Assembly: GCF_902459465.1 (NCBI RefSeq)
Contig: NC_047066.1
Location: forward strand, 5,270,001 to 5,334,000
Source of the DNA: Asterias rubens
Taxonomy: Eukaryota
Reading direction: 5' to 3'
Length of the DNA stretch: 64,000 nucleotides
Shown: positions 23,231-35,838 of the stretch, in pieces
How the letters are laid out: each line of letters opens with the position of its first letter
Position numbering within the stretch: position 1 is the first letter of the stretch
The notes under the pieces: generated by a model
Databases searched by the model: none
The model's input: only the letters and a program-made list of their open reading frames with translations
Told to the model about the DNA's origin: nothing
Translations under genes and position numbers: made by a program

Positions 23231-24840
23231 GGGTGGGGACGGGGCTGGGGATCTCTGAATAGGGGGAGGGGGGAGGTATGATTTGGCCAGGGATAGGGGA
23301 TTGGGATAGGGAAGTGCGTGTCAAGGGTACTTTTTAGAGTTATTGGTTCACAAGAGGTCTCCAGATGTGTCTACCCTGGAGGTGTTAGTCACGATATGGA
23401 AAGAGTGTCTTCTGCCCTGAACATCTTTTAAGGTGATTTTTTTCGGGACAAAGTTTTTATTATTAGGCTACAGTACATGTGTATGTCCAAGCAACAAAGA
23501 AAGACCAATGATTTAAAAAAGAAAAGTAAAAGGTATGTTTGCCTTGATGTACATTGTACATGTATGTAAACACGTTCAAAAATAAGTACTTTTGTAGGTT
23601 GACACGTACATGATGTGAAACTGTACCTGATGTGACTCTGTACCTGCTCTTGCCGTATTTTTGATGCATCAATCGTTTCTCAGATTAAAATACTTTTACT
23701 GATTTCTCATCAATAGGGACATTTCACAGACAATGGGGTGGGGATCTCTGAAAGGGGGACCTGGCCAGGGATAGGGGATTGGGATAGGGAGTTACGTGTC
23801 AAGGGTACTTTTTAGAGTTTGGGTATGCACAAGGTCTCCAGATGTGTGTTCCTCGGAGGTGTTAGTCATGATATGGAAACAAGTGTTAAAAGTGCCAAGA
23901 GCATCTTTTAAAGCCATTGGACCCTTTCGGTAAACAGTATTGTCCAAGGCCCACACTTCGTGTATCACAACTTCTATATCAAATAACAAACCTGTGAAAA
24001 TTTGGGCTTAATCGGTCATCGGAGTCGGGAGAAAATAGACCCACCCTTGTATCCGCGCGTTTCGCCGTGTCATGACATGTGTTTACAATAAGTCCGTAAT
24101 TCTCGTTAACGAGAATTGATATTGTTTTACTGTTTTCTCAAAAAGTAAAGCATTTCATGGAATAATATTTCAAGAGAAGTCTTTCACCATTACCTTCTGT
24201 AAACCCTGTAAGTTATTTGCAAATTTGTGAACTTTTTTTTTTCTGTACCGAAAGGGTCCAATGGCTTTAAGGTGAATTTCCGGGACAAAGTTTTTATTCT
24301 TTTATTATTTAACTATGTACTGTCAACAATGAAAGGCAAATGATTTGAAAAATGTAAGAGGTACACAACTTACTACACAAGTGATGTACGTAGGCTGACA
24401 GGTGTACAGTGTGAAACTCTCAAAAACCTTATCCCTTTACCTACTCTTGCTGGATTTGATACCGCATTTTTGATGAATCAATCGTTTCTCAGATTAAAAC
24501 ACTTATACTGATTTCTAATCAATAGGGACATTTTACAGACAATGGGGCGGGGATGGGGCTGCGGATCTCTGAAAAGGGGGACCTGGCCAGGGATAGGGGA
24601 TTGGGATAGGGAGTTGCGTGTCAAGGGTACTTTTTAGAGTTTAGGTATGCACAAGGTCTCCTGATGTGTGTTCCTCGGAGGTGTTAGTCATGATATGGAA
24701 ACAAAGTGTTAAAAGTGCCTGGAGCATCTTTCAAGGTGAATTTCTGGGACAATTTTTGTATATATATATAATTAGGCTTTGTCCTGTCAACAAAGAAAGG
24801 CCAATGATTTGAAAAAGGTAAATGGTACACAAGTGTATGT
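23231..24840. repeat. Tandem repeat, about 3 x 470 bp, G-rich
   Basis: The anchor ggccagggataggggattgggatagg is at 23285, 23763 and 24585; copy 2 is lengthened by the family B MITE. Confidence 0.88.
23912..24266 (+). mobile_element. MITE family B inserted in copy 2 of a ~470-bp tandem unit
   Basis: TTAA|AGCCATTGGACCCTTTCGGTA...TACCGAAAGGGTCCAATGGCT|TTAA. The empty site catcttTTAAggtga is seen in copy 1 near 23423-23436. Confidence 0.93.
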
Positions 24841-25874
24841 GCATGGATGTACCCTTTGAGGAAATTGTAAACTTCTAACTGAGCATTCCTTCCAAGAAGG
24901 GCACCAAGGCAAGGGCACCAGGGGGCATGGGGGCAATCACCTTTCGTTGCAGCCGTGAAGTATCAGGCCTGCCTACGTGGCCTGCATGTAATTCCAGGCC
25001 TGTACTTCGCACGTCCCACAGGCAACCCTCTTACATTGTAATACCAATTCTTAATCAATGTAACTTAGCAGTAAACATCACTTGAAGTACATGAACATGA
25101 TGAATAGCCCCCCCAGGCCCAGGATATTACAATCCAATCATGATACCATCTTGTCAAAACACACGCCTGGAATCTGACATCAGGTAAGATGAGGTCAGAG
25201 CGTGACCCCGGAGTCAAAAAGAGTTCCATTGCTGGCACAATACTGCTGCCAAGGTGACCAGGCGTAGGATAATGCAACATGTCAGGGTTTCTGCTGTTCC
25301 CGTCCAAAAGTTTGAATCTAAAATGGAAAGTATTGGCCAAGGGGTGCTGATCATAGGATAACTTTGTCATGTGATCATATTTTGCACTATCCAGAGTTGA
25401 TTCAAAAGGAACTTGAAACAAATTTAGCAAACAAGCAATCAGACATTTGGAACTTTGGGGCATTTTCCCTGGTACTACTAAGGGCACTTCTTTGAGGAAA
25501 ATAATTTTCACTTTCTGTAGAAAGGAACTTTACAAGGTTTCTACTGACTATACAATTATTTAACAGCGTTCACTTGTATGCAAAAACCCTCCAACTATTA
25601 TCCTCAGATTAAAGTTCAGGGGCCGATTTCACAAAGCAATAAAATTCATCGCAAGACAAATTTTCAGTATCACCATAGAGATTTGTATTGTGACATCACA
25701 CTTTACTTAGCAACTACAATTGATTTGAAGTTACGATCAATTTGAGACCTTTGTGAAATCGGCCCCTGAACCTATGTACTTGGTTTGTGTTTGCATTGTA
25801 GTGTATGCATGCAGTGTATATATATAGTCCCTTGCACTTGATGAATTATTTTCCTCTGCCATAGTTTTACTTAA

Positions 25875-26253
25875 AGGCAGTGGACACTATTGGTAATTAC
25901 TCAAAATAATTATTCGCATAAAACCTTTCTTGGTGACGAGTAATGGGGAGAGGTTGGTGGTATAAAACATTGTGAGAAACCGCTCCCTCTGAAGTGCCAT
26001 AGTTTTGGAAAAAGAAGTAATTTTCCACGAATTTGATTTCGAGACCTCAAGTTTAGAACTTGAGGTCTCGAAATCAACCATCTAAACGCACACAACTTCG
26101 TGTGACAAGGGTGTTTTCTTCTTTCATTATTATCTCGCAACTTTGATGACGGATTGAGCTCAAACTTTCACAGGTTTGTTGTTTTATGCATATGTTGAGA
26201 TACACCAACTGTGAAGGCTAGTCTTTGACAATTACCAATAGTGTCCACTGCCT
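25875..26253 (-). mobile_element. MITE family A (young, perfect TIRs)
   Basis: TTAA|AGGCAGTGGACACTATTGGTAATT...AATTACCAATAGTGTCCACTGCCT|TTAA. Confidence 0.92.
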
Positions 26254-26886
26254 TTAAACAAGAATTTTCTTTTTAGTTGGATAATTTAAATGAAACAATT
26301 TTTTTATTTTTATATTTTTATGCATTAGTTTAAACAGTAGCATTTCCTTCTTACATGGTATCCCTGATAAAAATGTAAAAAGCAGTGTAGACGTATTACA
26401 CCAATACGCATATATACACACAAATGGGTAAAACAAAATTGTCTATTCCCAGACAGTTCATCTGCTCCATCTGACACACAAATACTGTATACAGATCTTC
26501 CTTATGGAATTTGTTTACTGCAAAATCAATGCCTCAGGCATGTGATCTACTCCCACTAAAAAACCACAGGTATGTTATCATTCATCCACTGGTAGTGCAA
26601 TGGAATGCTGGGGGAAAAAACCACAAGGAAAATTGGGCTTCACTTTCTCTATGGTTGTACACAAATGACATCAGCAGTTGTCACAACAATAATTTTCCAA
26701 TACTGCCCCCAAAGTATTAGGCCTGTGTGCAAGCTTGCCTGTGTGCCATTTTGGTATCATGAATCACACTTCTTATGGCCCATGTTTTAAGCATTGCCAA
26801 TAAAATTGGGTTCTGTACGATATGATCATTGTGAGCACAACTTTGATATTTCCAAAAGAGTCACTTCTAATAACTGGCTTTAAATG

Positions 26887-27226
26887 AAAGGTACACGTTT
26901 GGTAATTACTCAAAACAAATATTAACTTAAAAACTGACTTGGTAACGAGCATTGGAGAGCTCTAGTTGTGGGAAACGACTCCCTCTGAAGTAGTGTAGTA
27001 TTTGAGAAAGAGGTAATTTCTCACTAAAATAACAACAGACTTCTAGCTAGAAATCTTTTATTCCTATCTGAAAGCACACAAATTCGTCCAACAAGGGTGT
27101 TTTTGCTTTCATCATTTTGATGACCGATTGAGCCCAAATTTTTACAGGCTTGTTATTTTATGCATATGATGGATACACCAAGTGATAAGACTGGTCTTTG
27201 ACAATTACCAATAGTGTACCTTCCCT
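26887..27226 (-). mobile_element. MITE family A, AGGGAAGGTACAC subfamily (decayed)
   Basis: Internal homology to family A; ends gtgtaccttccct. Confidence 0.75.
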
Positions 27227-28299
27227 TAAAATGATTTAACCCCGACCACCAAAAACATGTCAAATTGGTCTTTTATAAAAAGTTATACATGTAACTTAAA
27301 AACTACAACCCAAAGGACCCCAATGGAAATAAGTCTAAGTTATTGGCTTTTTTGGGCTATCCTTGGATAATTTTCTGCAGTATTTCTATCTTGTTTTTTT
27401 GTCTTTTCTCCTGTTGTTAAGTACATGTTTGTATTTTGAGTATGTTCTTGCTGTATTTTTATCCGAATAAATTCAATCAACCAATCATGTACCACTCTCA
27501 TTCGGTTGTTTAGAGCGATTGTTGAGCTTTCGTTTGGTCACTGTGATGTTCAACGGGGTGATATTGAACAATTTTGAGAAAAGCATGGTTGAACCATGTT
27601 GAACATTCCTTTTTTTTTCTTTTCTTTTTTAATTAGTCTGTGCACCGAAGAGTTTTACATGGTTTTAACCGTTCACTTGTCTGCAAAACCAGCAGTTGTC
27701 ACAACAAAATTTCCAAACTGCCACCAATATCAAAAAGCTCTACCAATCCTTTGGTAATCAGTCTCCCTTATCACAGTGTAGAGATTGAATCTCCTGAAGT
27801 ATTCGGCCCTTTGTGTCCAATAATGCAACCCCACTTGACACAATGCGAGCTATGGAAACTAAGCCAGGTTTAGGTCATGTTTACCTCCTGTCTGAAGAGC
27901 TGGCATTCCTTTGTAAATTTGTAATTGTCAAAGTGGGACAAATAAGGCAGTCTGTAGTGACAGGGTGGGGGGAATTGATGGACTCAAGCAAACCATGTGC
28001 AGTAGTACACCCACCACATAAAGCTTAAAATAGTGTACAGAAAAAAATACAGATTCTGGCATTTTGACATGAATGAAATGCATGCGTAAAAACAGACAGC
28101 AACACAAATTTGAAGCAAAAGCTTGCATAATGTACCTGCAGGCAGTCAAAAATAATCCATGTAACCCAAATCTTGTAGTACTTGATTATTAATAATAATA
28201 AGACTTGTAATGCGCACATTTCCACCCTGCTGGGTGCTCAAGGCGCAGTAATTGAACTCCTGTTATAAAGGCATGTTTGTTGCTCTTTTTGTTATATAA

Positions 28300-28520
28300 C
28301 TTTGTTAGAAATGACCTCCTCTATGTAGTTTTTACAGAATTTTTATCAACAAATTTGATTGGAAGGATTTTCTCGCGCATCGGAAAGCACAGACTTTTTC
28401 TTGCAACTACAATGACTAATTGAGCCCAAAATGTCAACTTGTTATTGTTAATGCTGCGTAACACCATGGTGAAGATACACTGGTCTTTTTGACAAATTAC
28501 CAAAAGTAGACACTGCCTTA
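28300..28520 (-). mobile_element. MITE family A, degenerate partial copy
   Basis: aattgagcccaaaatg...ggtctttttgacaaattaccaaaagtagacactgcc aligns to the family A end. Confidence 0.6.
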
Positions 28521-31500
28521 ACAAGGGAGTACCCCAAACTAGAAGGGTGTGGCAGGGACATATTCAGACCTCATCTTTACCATATTGTCCTTCATTGATC
28601 ATCCCATGGTATTCCCACTGTTGTCTGCCCTCCACAGATCCACTGACAGATTGTCCATTAAACTGAATACCAGTAGTTAATCACCCAACATCCCTTATCT
28701 TGATAAAACCATAAAACCTTCAACAAGCAATAGACCAAGCAGCCCTAATGGTCCCAAGTTGCTAATGCACAGGGGTGTAGCCTACAAGTACTGCTGCTGA
28801 TAGTGATGTGCAGTGTTATATTTCTATCTAACCATTAGATAGAATTGGACAAAATGTGTAGTCTACTCATTGTTTTCACTCACTTCAGCTCATGCGCTCC
28901 AAAGTTTCAGAAATTCAACCTGTTTTAGTTTTCCCACAAATTATTAATTGAGAAAATGATTTCAAAACAAACATGCACATTCTTCATTCACCGAGCAAAT
29001 ATCAGCATCTGATCATCATGCTGATACTGCTGGGCAGTGATGGCATGCATTCATGGCAATAGTTTCCCTAAGGCGTAGTGGTCAGCTGGCCAAATGACAA
29101 ATAAAAAACATTTGAGGACTTAGTGTTTCTTGTTCTGCTGTTGGTCAAGATAATTGTTTCTCAATATTGATGTACACAATCCACATGCATGGATGCATGA
29201 ACAGATCATTCATAAGACAAAGTCCTGTTAAAAAGGCCCAATTTGGAAAACGTAAGAAAGCTTCCAGATTACTCAAACAAAAAGCTAAGCATGAACAAGT
29301 AAGTCCTCACTAAATTTGAGATAATCCTGAGAATGCCTGATGAGTTCATGGCATTGGCACAAGTTGCACAACCCTGTAAGGTTTTAAATGGCCATTAGAT
29401 ACAGAGTCACAAGCTTGAGTTACAGTTTTGTATTTAATTTTAAAGGGGTTTTAAAACTAATAACAAAACGGAAAAATATTCAACGGCGCCAGTCACGTGC
29501 ACTTGAAGGAGGTGCCACGCCCCTTTTGAGGAAGCTTAATTCCAAAGGACTTGGAGTTGGCAACTTGTTTTTGCATGTGTTCGTTTTAGGCCTATACAAA
29601 TAGATAAGTATTTAGAATGAGTTTCAGCCAAAGCTGAGAGGTGACCCATTCCCCCATTGGTTGAGTTGACATGGAATTTGAAGCGCTTCTAGTCAAGAAG
29701 TGATTTTCACTAGTCGCCCAGGTCTAGTGTATACTGATAAAAGCCACCACATTTCCATTTTGAATAACAGAATAGGGACCCCTCAAATGAGTATTCTATA
29801 GTTACATGTACTGTAATCTAAACTTTATTTGCCTACCCAAAACAATGACTGTTTATCAATTGCAAACTGGAATAGTTGCAATACTCTGTCAATCAAACAT
29901 ACAATTCCATGCAAAGAAACTTTTGTGCGGTGAAGTTATAGGATGTGTGTCATACTGCCTTGACCAGGCATAGTGTACCATGTCAAACATTTTTGATAAT
30001 AAATCCCAAAAATAGTTAATCGCCTGACATTTGGAGGCTAGCTGACTATTTCTCGAAGGCTAAAGAATAATAAATCAACTGATAATATACCTGGGGTGAT
30101 CCCATTTAAATATATGTCAACTTATTAAAAAAAAAGTTTTTAATAATTCCTCTCTGGAAAGTGGAAACACCCACAAAAATAAGCCTGGCTCATGATGTGA
30201 CAACACCGAGGAACGAAAATGCTTGTGTTACTACAACAGTACGTGCCTGTATGGTAGAAATGAAACACATTCTACATTCCTTGTATCATCTTGGTGAAAC
30301 ATCATGAGCAAGGCCTGATGTTGTCGGCTGGTATTTTAATTACAAACTTTTACAAGGCATACTACGACACACACCCTTTAAATCTAATGCTACAATGTAG
30401 TTTCGCTGGCAATGCAACAACCTCGTAGATTTTCGTTACCTTGTTGTCTGCTTTTGCGAAGTAATGAATACTTGCAACTTCCATCTGTATTAGTTCAGAT
30501 AAAATGCAATGCCATTCAAAACAGGAAGGTATTTTTTGTTATGTCTTCATTCTATGTGAACGATTTTGGTTGGCAGTGACATGCCAGGCTTCAACTTAAA
30601 CCCTGGAAATCTTAATGACTTTGATGAAATCTCAAATAATTTGACACAATTCCACGTAATTAAATGCATACATTGATCTTCCATGATACTAAAACTTCTC
30701 TCTACATGTAAAAGAAGACTTGAGTTTTAGTTTACTTAGTGTTATGGTTGAGAAGGTTTTCCAAATCAGATTGCAACTTTTTTTCCCACAAAAAACAACC
30801 AAGGCTTCATTTGTTTTCATCTGTTTATCTGAACTTTAATATTGCTTCTTTTTAGTGTCAATGTCATAATTCAGCATTTTTTGGAGTGCAACAATGTGAT
30901 TTTTTAGCAATCAACCAAATAAACTAATTAATAACTTATAGAATAGAAACACTTTTGTCAACAACAAATAAGTGCAAAGGTAGCCATCAGTTTTGGCATT
31001 TTTTTCTGCGACTGTTGATTTAGTCACTGCTTTTAGTATCATTGTAATGATTGTACTGGATGGGATATCGGCAATTTACAAAAATGATTTTAAGTCACAC
31101 GGAAGAGGTGGGGTTGTATTGTAATCCAATCAATAAATCATGAAGGATTTCCTCAATCTACATAAAAGTACATGTCTATTGTTCACACCATATCACTTTA
31201 CAACAAGCATGACAAAGTAAACCATGAATGATGGATAGTAAACACAGTTCAGTTGTTAGGTCCTGTCGAGGAACTCAACTTGTTAAGCATGGTTCATATA
31301 CTTCCTGCGAATGTGAATGCAATGCGAATTTGACGTCACAACTCTGTTTTTGCAGCGAATATTTGCAAAAGAGTTGAGGACACCTCAACTGCTGCGAATT
31401 ATTTATCGCGAATTTGTGACATCAGCATTCGTATCGCACTCACATTGAAATACTAACCGGGCTTGCGTTATACTTTATGTGTGGACTACCAAACAATACA

Positions 31501-31852
31501 AACCAACACTTTCTTTAGTAGTTGTTTTTGTTATAAAGCTCAATATTAAATAAAGCTTCACAACTCTAACTCGTTTAATTTTATATTTTAATTAACATGT
31601 TGTTGTTTTTTCAAAGAGAGGGTTTCATTTTCAAGAAATCAGTGCTATAGTACTATAATATTATAATCCTTAGCACATAACCAAAACCTGATCAAACACA
31701 ACTTCCCCCACATGTGGGCGTTAGGCTTTACTTTTGTAGCGTTGGACCATTATTTTTCGTGGTGGGCAAGGACCGGTGCAAGACAACGTTAAAAAAAACC
31801 GGCCTTCGTCTGCAAGTGTTAAAAAGAAGGACGGGGACGGGTTCAGACTTAC

Positions 31853-31865
31853 CCAAGTCATCCAT
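31853..31865 (-). CDS. PXN: Paxillin coding exon 1 (MDDL + first base of D5)
   Basis: Minus strand reads AAG-ATG GAT GAC TTG G|GTAAGT: strong Kozak context and a perfect donor. The phase-1 end joins exon 2 to give MDDLDRLLADLE (LD1 motif), the same 13-nt first coding exon as vertebrate paxillin. Confidence 0.9.
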
Positions 31866-32560
31866 CTTCAATCTCTGTTTCGTCTCTTCTTTTGTAGCTA
31901 ATACCACGTGTGTCCGTCACACTTATTTCACTTTGCGGCTCAAGTAATAATTGATTCATAAAACGAAATTCTTGTGAGGTTTCGTGTTTTAGTCACGCAC
32001 TCAAATTACATTGGGGTCAAAACCGCACAACATTTTTGAGTCTGGTCCCCCGTATACCACATAATCTATTGAACAATAAGTGTAGAATTTTAGATGGGTA
32101 CCAGTCTAAGTCATTTTAAAGAAACAGGTGGGTCACGTGATCTGGACCAAATAATAAAGTATGTTTCCGGGTATAAGTTTTTGCATATTTTTTGTTTTCA
32201 TTTTGGGGGTTTTCAACTTGAATAATAATAAGCAAAACTATAACCAAACAAATTAAACTTATTCCTCTTCCAAGACTGGGGTTCCCAGATTAGTGGTATC
32301 CAACGGACTTGAAATTACCATGGAGGTAGAAATTACTGTCATACTGAATTAAAGGATTTGACTTCTCCCCCCCAAAAAAAATAAAGTAGTTTTAATAAAT
32401 GGAGTAAACGAGTTTTTATTTTGTATTTCCGACGGTCGGGGTTCGTGTGTGGGCATGGCACTTTGCACTGTATTAGTCTCTGGTGTATACTTTCATCGGT
32501 CACACTTTAGTTGACAGTGTCGCTTTGCATTTTTCCCCGAGGTGGCGCCCTCTGCTTTTT
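31866..32560 (-). promoter_or_regulatory. Putative paxillin 5'UTR/promoter
   Basis: Lies directly upstream of the start ATG. Contains E-boxes CACGTG (about 31905, and GTCACGTGAT at 32132-32141) and a CTCF-like CCCCGAGGTGGCGCC at 32535-32549. The TSS is not determinable from sequence. Confidence 0.45.
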
Positions 32561-32933
32561 CTGTGATTTCAACCTTTTGTTTTTGTCCGGGAAGATCATT
32601 GAGACACCTTTTGTGGCAGGCACATGTGTAAATACATTATGCAGTTTGCCACACAAAAATTCAGAAATACAAACTCATTTTGTCTAAATTGGTTCAAATA
32701 AACCAATGGGTGTTTTCTTCTTTTATCTGTGTCATTGATGCATCAATTCAACAAATCTAGAGTAGTTGGCAGAGAAAAGCACTATATAATTTTATGCGTA
32801 AACATTTATTTGCCAATTATTATGGTGACCAGATAACAATTAAATCACTAATGGATCCCCTTTGATAAACAACTTTTACTTTATTTTAAACTTAATAATG
32901 GGCTAGAAACTGAGAATTTTAACTTTGAATTAT

Positions 32934-33241
32934 AGACACTGGACACTAGTGGTAATTGTCAAAGACCAATCTTCTCACTTGCTGTATCTCAATTTTTGCA
33001 CAAAATAACAAACCTGTGAAAACTAAAACTCAATTGGTCGAAGTTGCAAGATAATAATGGAAGAATGCCCTTGTCACACAAAGCTGTGTGATTTCAGCAG
33101 AAGCTTGATTTCGGGACCTCAAAATCTAATTCTGAGGTCTCAAAATCAAATTCGTTTTATACTATCAACCTCTCCATTGCTTGTTTACCAAGTCAGTTTT
33201 TATACTAATAATTATTTTGAGTATAGTATCCACTCTACCTT
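32934..33241 (+). mobile_element. MITE family A, internally deleted
   Basis: agacactggacactagtggtaattgtcaaagac left end; the internal blocks match family A. Confidence 0.75.
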
Positions 33242-33862
33242 TGATTGCCTTCTTCCACAATGTCAAACAATTACAAACATTATCATAAGTGTGACCATCC
33301 TTGACAATAAATGGGTATTATGGTAGAGTCTTACATCATCAACACAAAGTGACTAGCTGATAAGCTCTGCCATGAAAAACATAATAAAATAACAAAATTG
33401 TTTTGTTTAAGGCTGTCATGATAACATTTATTCTGTTTAAAAATGGTTAAAGTCTACAAAAGATGTTTTTATAAGAGCACAAAGTTGAAATACAAAAGTG
33501 TTAGACTCACATGATTCACTACTTTGTGCCCAACATTTAAAAGAGTTGTTCTTGACTATTTGAAGTTGTGGCATTTTTTTCTCTCAAACGTCCCCTGGTG
33601 TGTGTCCCCCGTACGGTAAATTAAGGAAGTTGATACTGAAAAGAGTTTCCAGATCAAATTTCTAAACAATTTGCCGAATGGAGGGACAGAATCTCCTGCC
33701 ACACCCTCCATCAGCAATGCACAAATATATACTGTGACAACTGTACCAGATATTGAAGAAAACAAACTACAAAAAGCCAAAACAAATCGCAGCAACGAGG
33801 ACTTGCACCCATACTAAATAATATTCAGCATTTTTAAGTGTCATAAATAAGACACACCACTC

Positions 33863-34303
33863 CTCCATCAACTTCACTGGCTCCCAGTCCATCAGCGTAT
33901 TGTTTTCAAGATCCTCACCATTGTATACAAATGTTCTCACAATACCGCTCCTTCATATCTCACCAGCCTCATCAAGATTTACCAACCTGGAAGACCTGGC
34001 CTTCGCTCTGGTTCAGACAGTACACTCTTGGCAGTTCCAAAGGTGCATTCCGCTGCTGGGGACCGTGCTTTTTACGCACATGCTCCGCTCCTTTGGAACC
34101 GTCTCCCTCATTGAATATGCTCCGCGGAGTCACTTGCAGTTTTCGAGAAACATCTTAAAACTTTCCCGTTCAATGATTGATTGCTTTGCTTTTTTTTCCA
34201 TTATCAGTGCCATTATTGATGTGCTTATTGTATAGTTTCTTGTAAAGCGCTGTGGTACCTCGTGTGTAAGAGCGCTATATACATGTCTCTTAATATTATT
34301 ATT
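33863..34303 (+). mobile_element. L2/CR1-group LINE 3' fragment
   Basis: Translates LHQLHWLPVHQRIVFKILTIVYK...APSYL...GDRAF...APLLWNRLP*, the typical L2 ORF2 C-terminus. Followed by gtaaagcgc...gagcgctatata and (tat)n. Confidence 0.85.
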
Positions 34304-34628
34304 TCTGTAGACAATATGTGCCTGTTATACGATGTACTTTGTTCTTTTAAAGAAGCTTCATAATTTTTTTTACAATAATGTCAAATTAAAAATTAAATTT
34401 TGTGAAAATAAATGCTTTTCAGATGGATTCCCCTTTCCTCCACATCAAAAGTTTATGAAATCTTCCATAGGCAGATTCTCCCATGTTAAAATCATAAACA
34501 TTGTTTCCTTGTGCTGTGTACACTTTATGCAAAAAGTCAAAGTTCAGCGGATAGATGGAGAAAAAAGAGAAACAGAGGAGGAAATAACTCCCAAAATTTT
34601 CTTTTCAATACTTGAGACAAGATGTGTT

Positions 34629-34897
34629 TTAAACAACATTCAAAGGATCCGCATCAATCTGTGAAACAACAATGTTCAGTCTTCCCTCAAATATTACGTC
34701 CAGCTTTGATTTCAGTACGGGTAGGTATCCCCGCTCTGTGTTGCTATGGTTACACACGATGACACTCGTTCCCCTAGCGACAGCAGCCAAGATGTCATGA
34801 TGTGACATCTCTCCTGTCAGGTACACATCAGCTTGGACTCCAGAGAGGACGCTTGCCCCTGAACCAGCGCAAATGGCTACACTCTGCACTTCAGATT
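34629..34897 (-). CDS. NIF3L1: NIF3L1 exon 5 (terminal)
   Basis: acacag|AA TCT... gives VAICAGSGASVL, DVYLTGEMSHHDIL, HSNTERGYL, DADPLNVV-TAA. The joined CDS is 1359 nt. Confidence 0.93.
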
Positions 34898-35433
34898 CTG
34901 TGTCATAAGAAAACAATGAGATATGTTCAGCAAGTTCAGAATACATTTATAAGACATTTAGCCTTTGAGAAAGACTCTGCTATGGTTGAAACTTCAGGCC
35001 ATAAACTAGTTTTTACATCTATTAAAGGACAATTTTTTCTTGCTATGTTCACCATTATATCTCCATGATGATGATACCCATGCCTACATCTTTACAGACT
35101 GTGAAGAGTGTACACGTAACCCCGTTTTAGCCCCAGAAGAAAGTGGAATGTGCCCCTGGTGATAGTTGACTTGGATCAACAGCCCAAGTGTACCCATCAC
35201 TTTGAAGTGGCACTCCAGCCTTGTGATGGTAGGCGTGACATCCTTTTAGACCTGGTCCCCCAAAAAGCTTGGTTTGTCTGGTACAGAATTCTCCTGGTTG
35301 TGTCCTTAAGTTGATTCCGGCATCGAAGCATATCGCTTACATGAGGCCTGTGGTTTCTGGCTCTGGGGTCACACAAGAGATATAAGTCCCGACTTCTTAA
35401 TCCTTTCTCCTAAGGTAAGATTTGAACTTCTCA

Positions 35434-35625
35434 TCATCCTTCATCCTTGGACGGTATAGTAGAAGCAGCTTTGATGAAGTGGTGCCAGGTTGCTTTATCC
35501 CTCATGAGTTGTTGGGTCTCGTTTGTGTTGAGATTTGTGTCTCTGGTGATGGTGTCTGGGTAGCTCATTTTCCTCGGTTTGGATGTGGGTTTGGAATATC
35601 GAGTAAAGACCCATTTAGCAACAGG
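35434..35625 (-). mobile_element. Probable RTE-clade LINE 3' fragment (NIF3L1 intron 4)
   Basis: Translates PVAKWVF...KPRKMSYPDTITRDTNL...LMRDKATWHHFI, resembling the RTE ORF C-terminus (RP..TY.D....DTG...M.DR..W). Ends in (tga)n. Confidence 0.55.
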
Positions 35626-35699
35626 CTTGAACTACAAGGGTTCCTAAAAGGATGTCAAGCCTTGGGTGATATCTCATAAAATAAAATCAAAAGTCTCAC

Positions 35700-35838
35700 C
35701 TTTTGACTTGTTGCTTCCTAGAGCCAGCTGAACATACTGCAGCTTCAGATGAGTCTTGACAAGCTCTACCATCTTCACTATGGACGTTGGATTGTCCAAT
35801 TTGCAGATTCTACCACTACCGGTGCCTGGTATTTGTAG
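35700..35838 (-). CDS. NIF3L1: NIF3L1 exon 4
   Basis: ttccag|CTA CAA ATA CCA GGC ACC GGT AGT GGT AGA gives LQIPGTGSGRICKL...VKTHLKL (NIF3 GxGR motif). Donor AAA G|GTGAGA. Confidence 0.9.

Noticed and set aside
9141-24840. CRISPR-like arrays
   Set aside because: All arrays are whole-unit tandem repeats without unique spacers. The context is eukaryotic and there are no cas genes.
25065-25511. 148-aa minus-strand ORF in paxillin intron 1 as an extra exon
   Set aside because: No recognisable domain. A phase-1 acceptor exists, but the nearest good donor is phase 2 and would not rejoin exon 2 in frame.
28581-28602. Alternative first exon MINEGQY-G|GTAAAG, which would splice in frame to exon 2
   Set aside because: Such a 22-nt ATG-to-donor pattern is expected by chance in 26 kb, the Kozak context is modest, and there is no other support.
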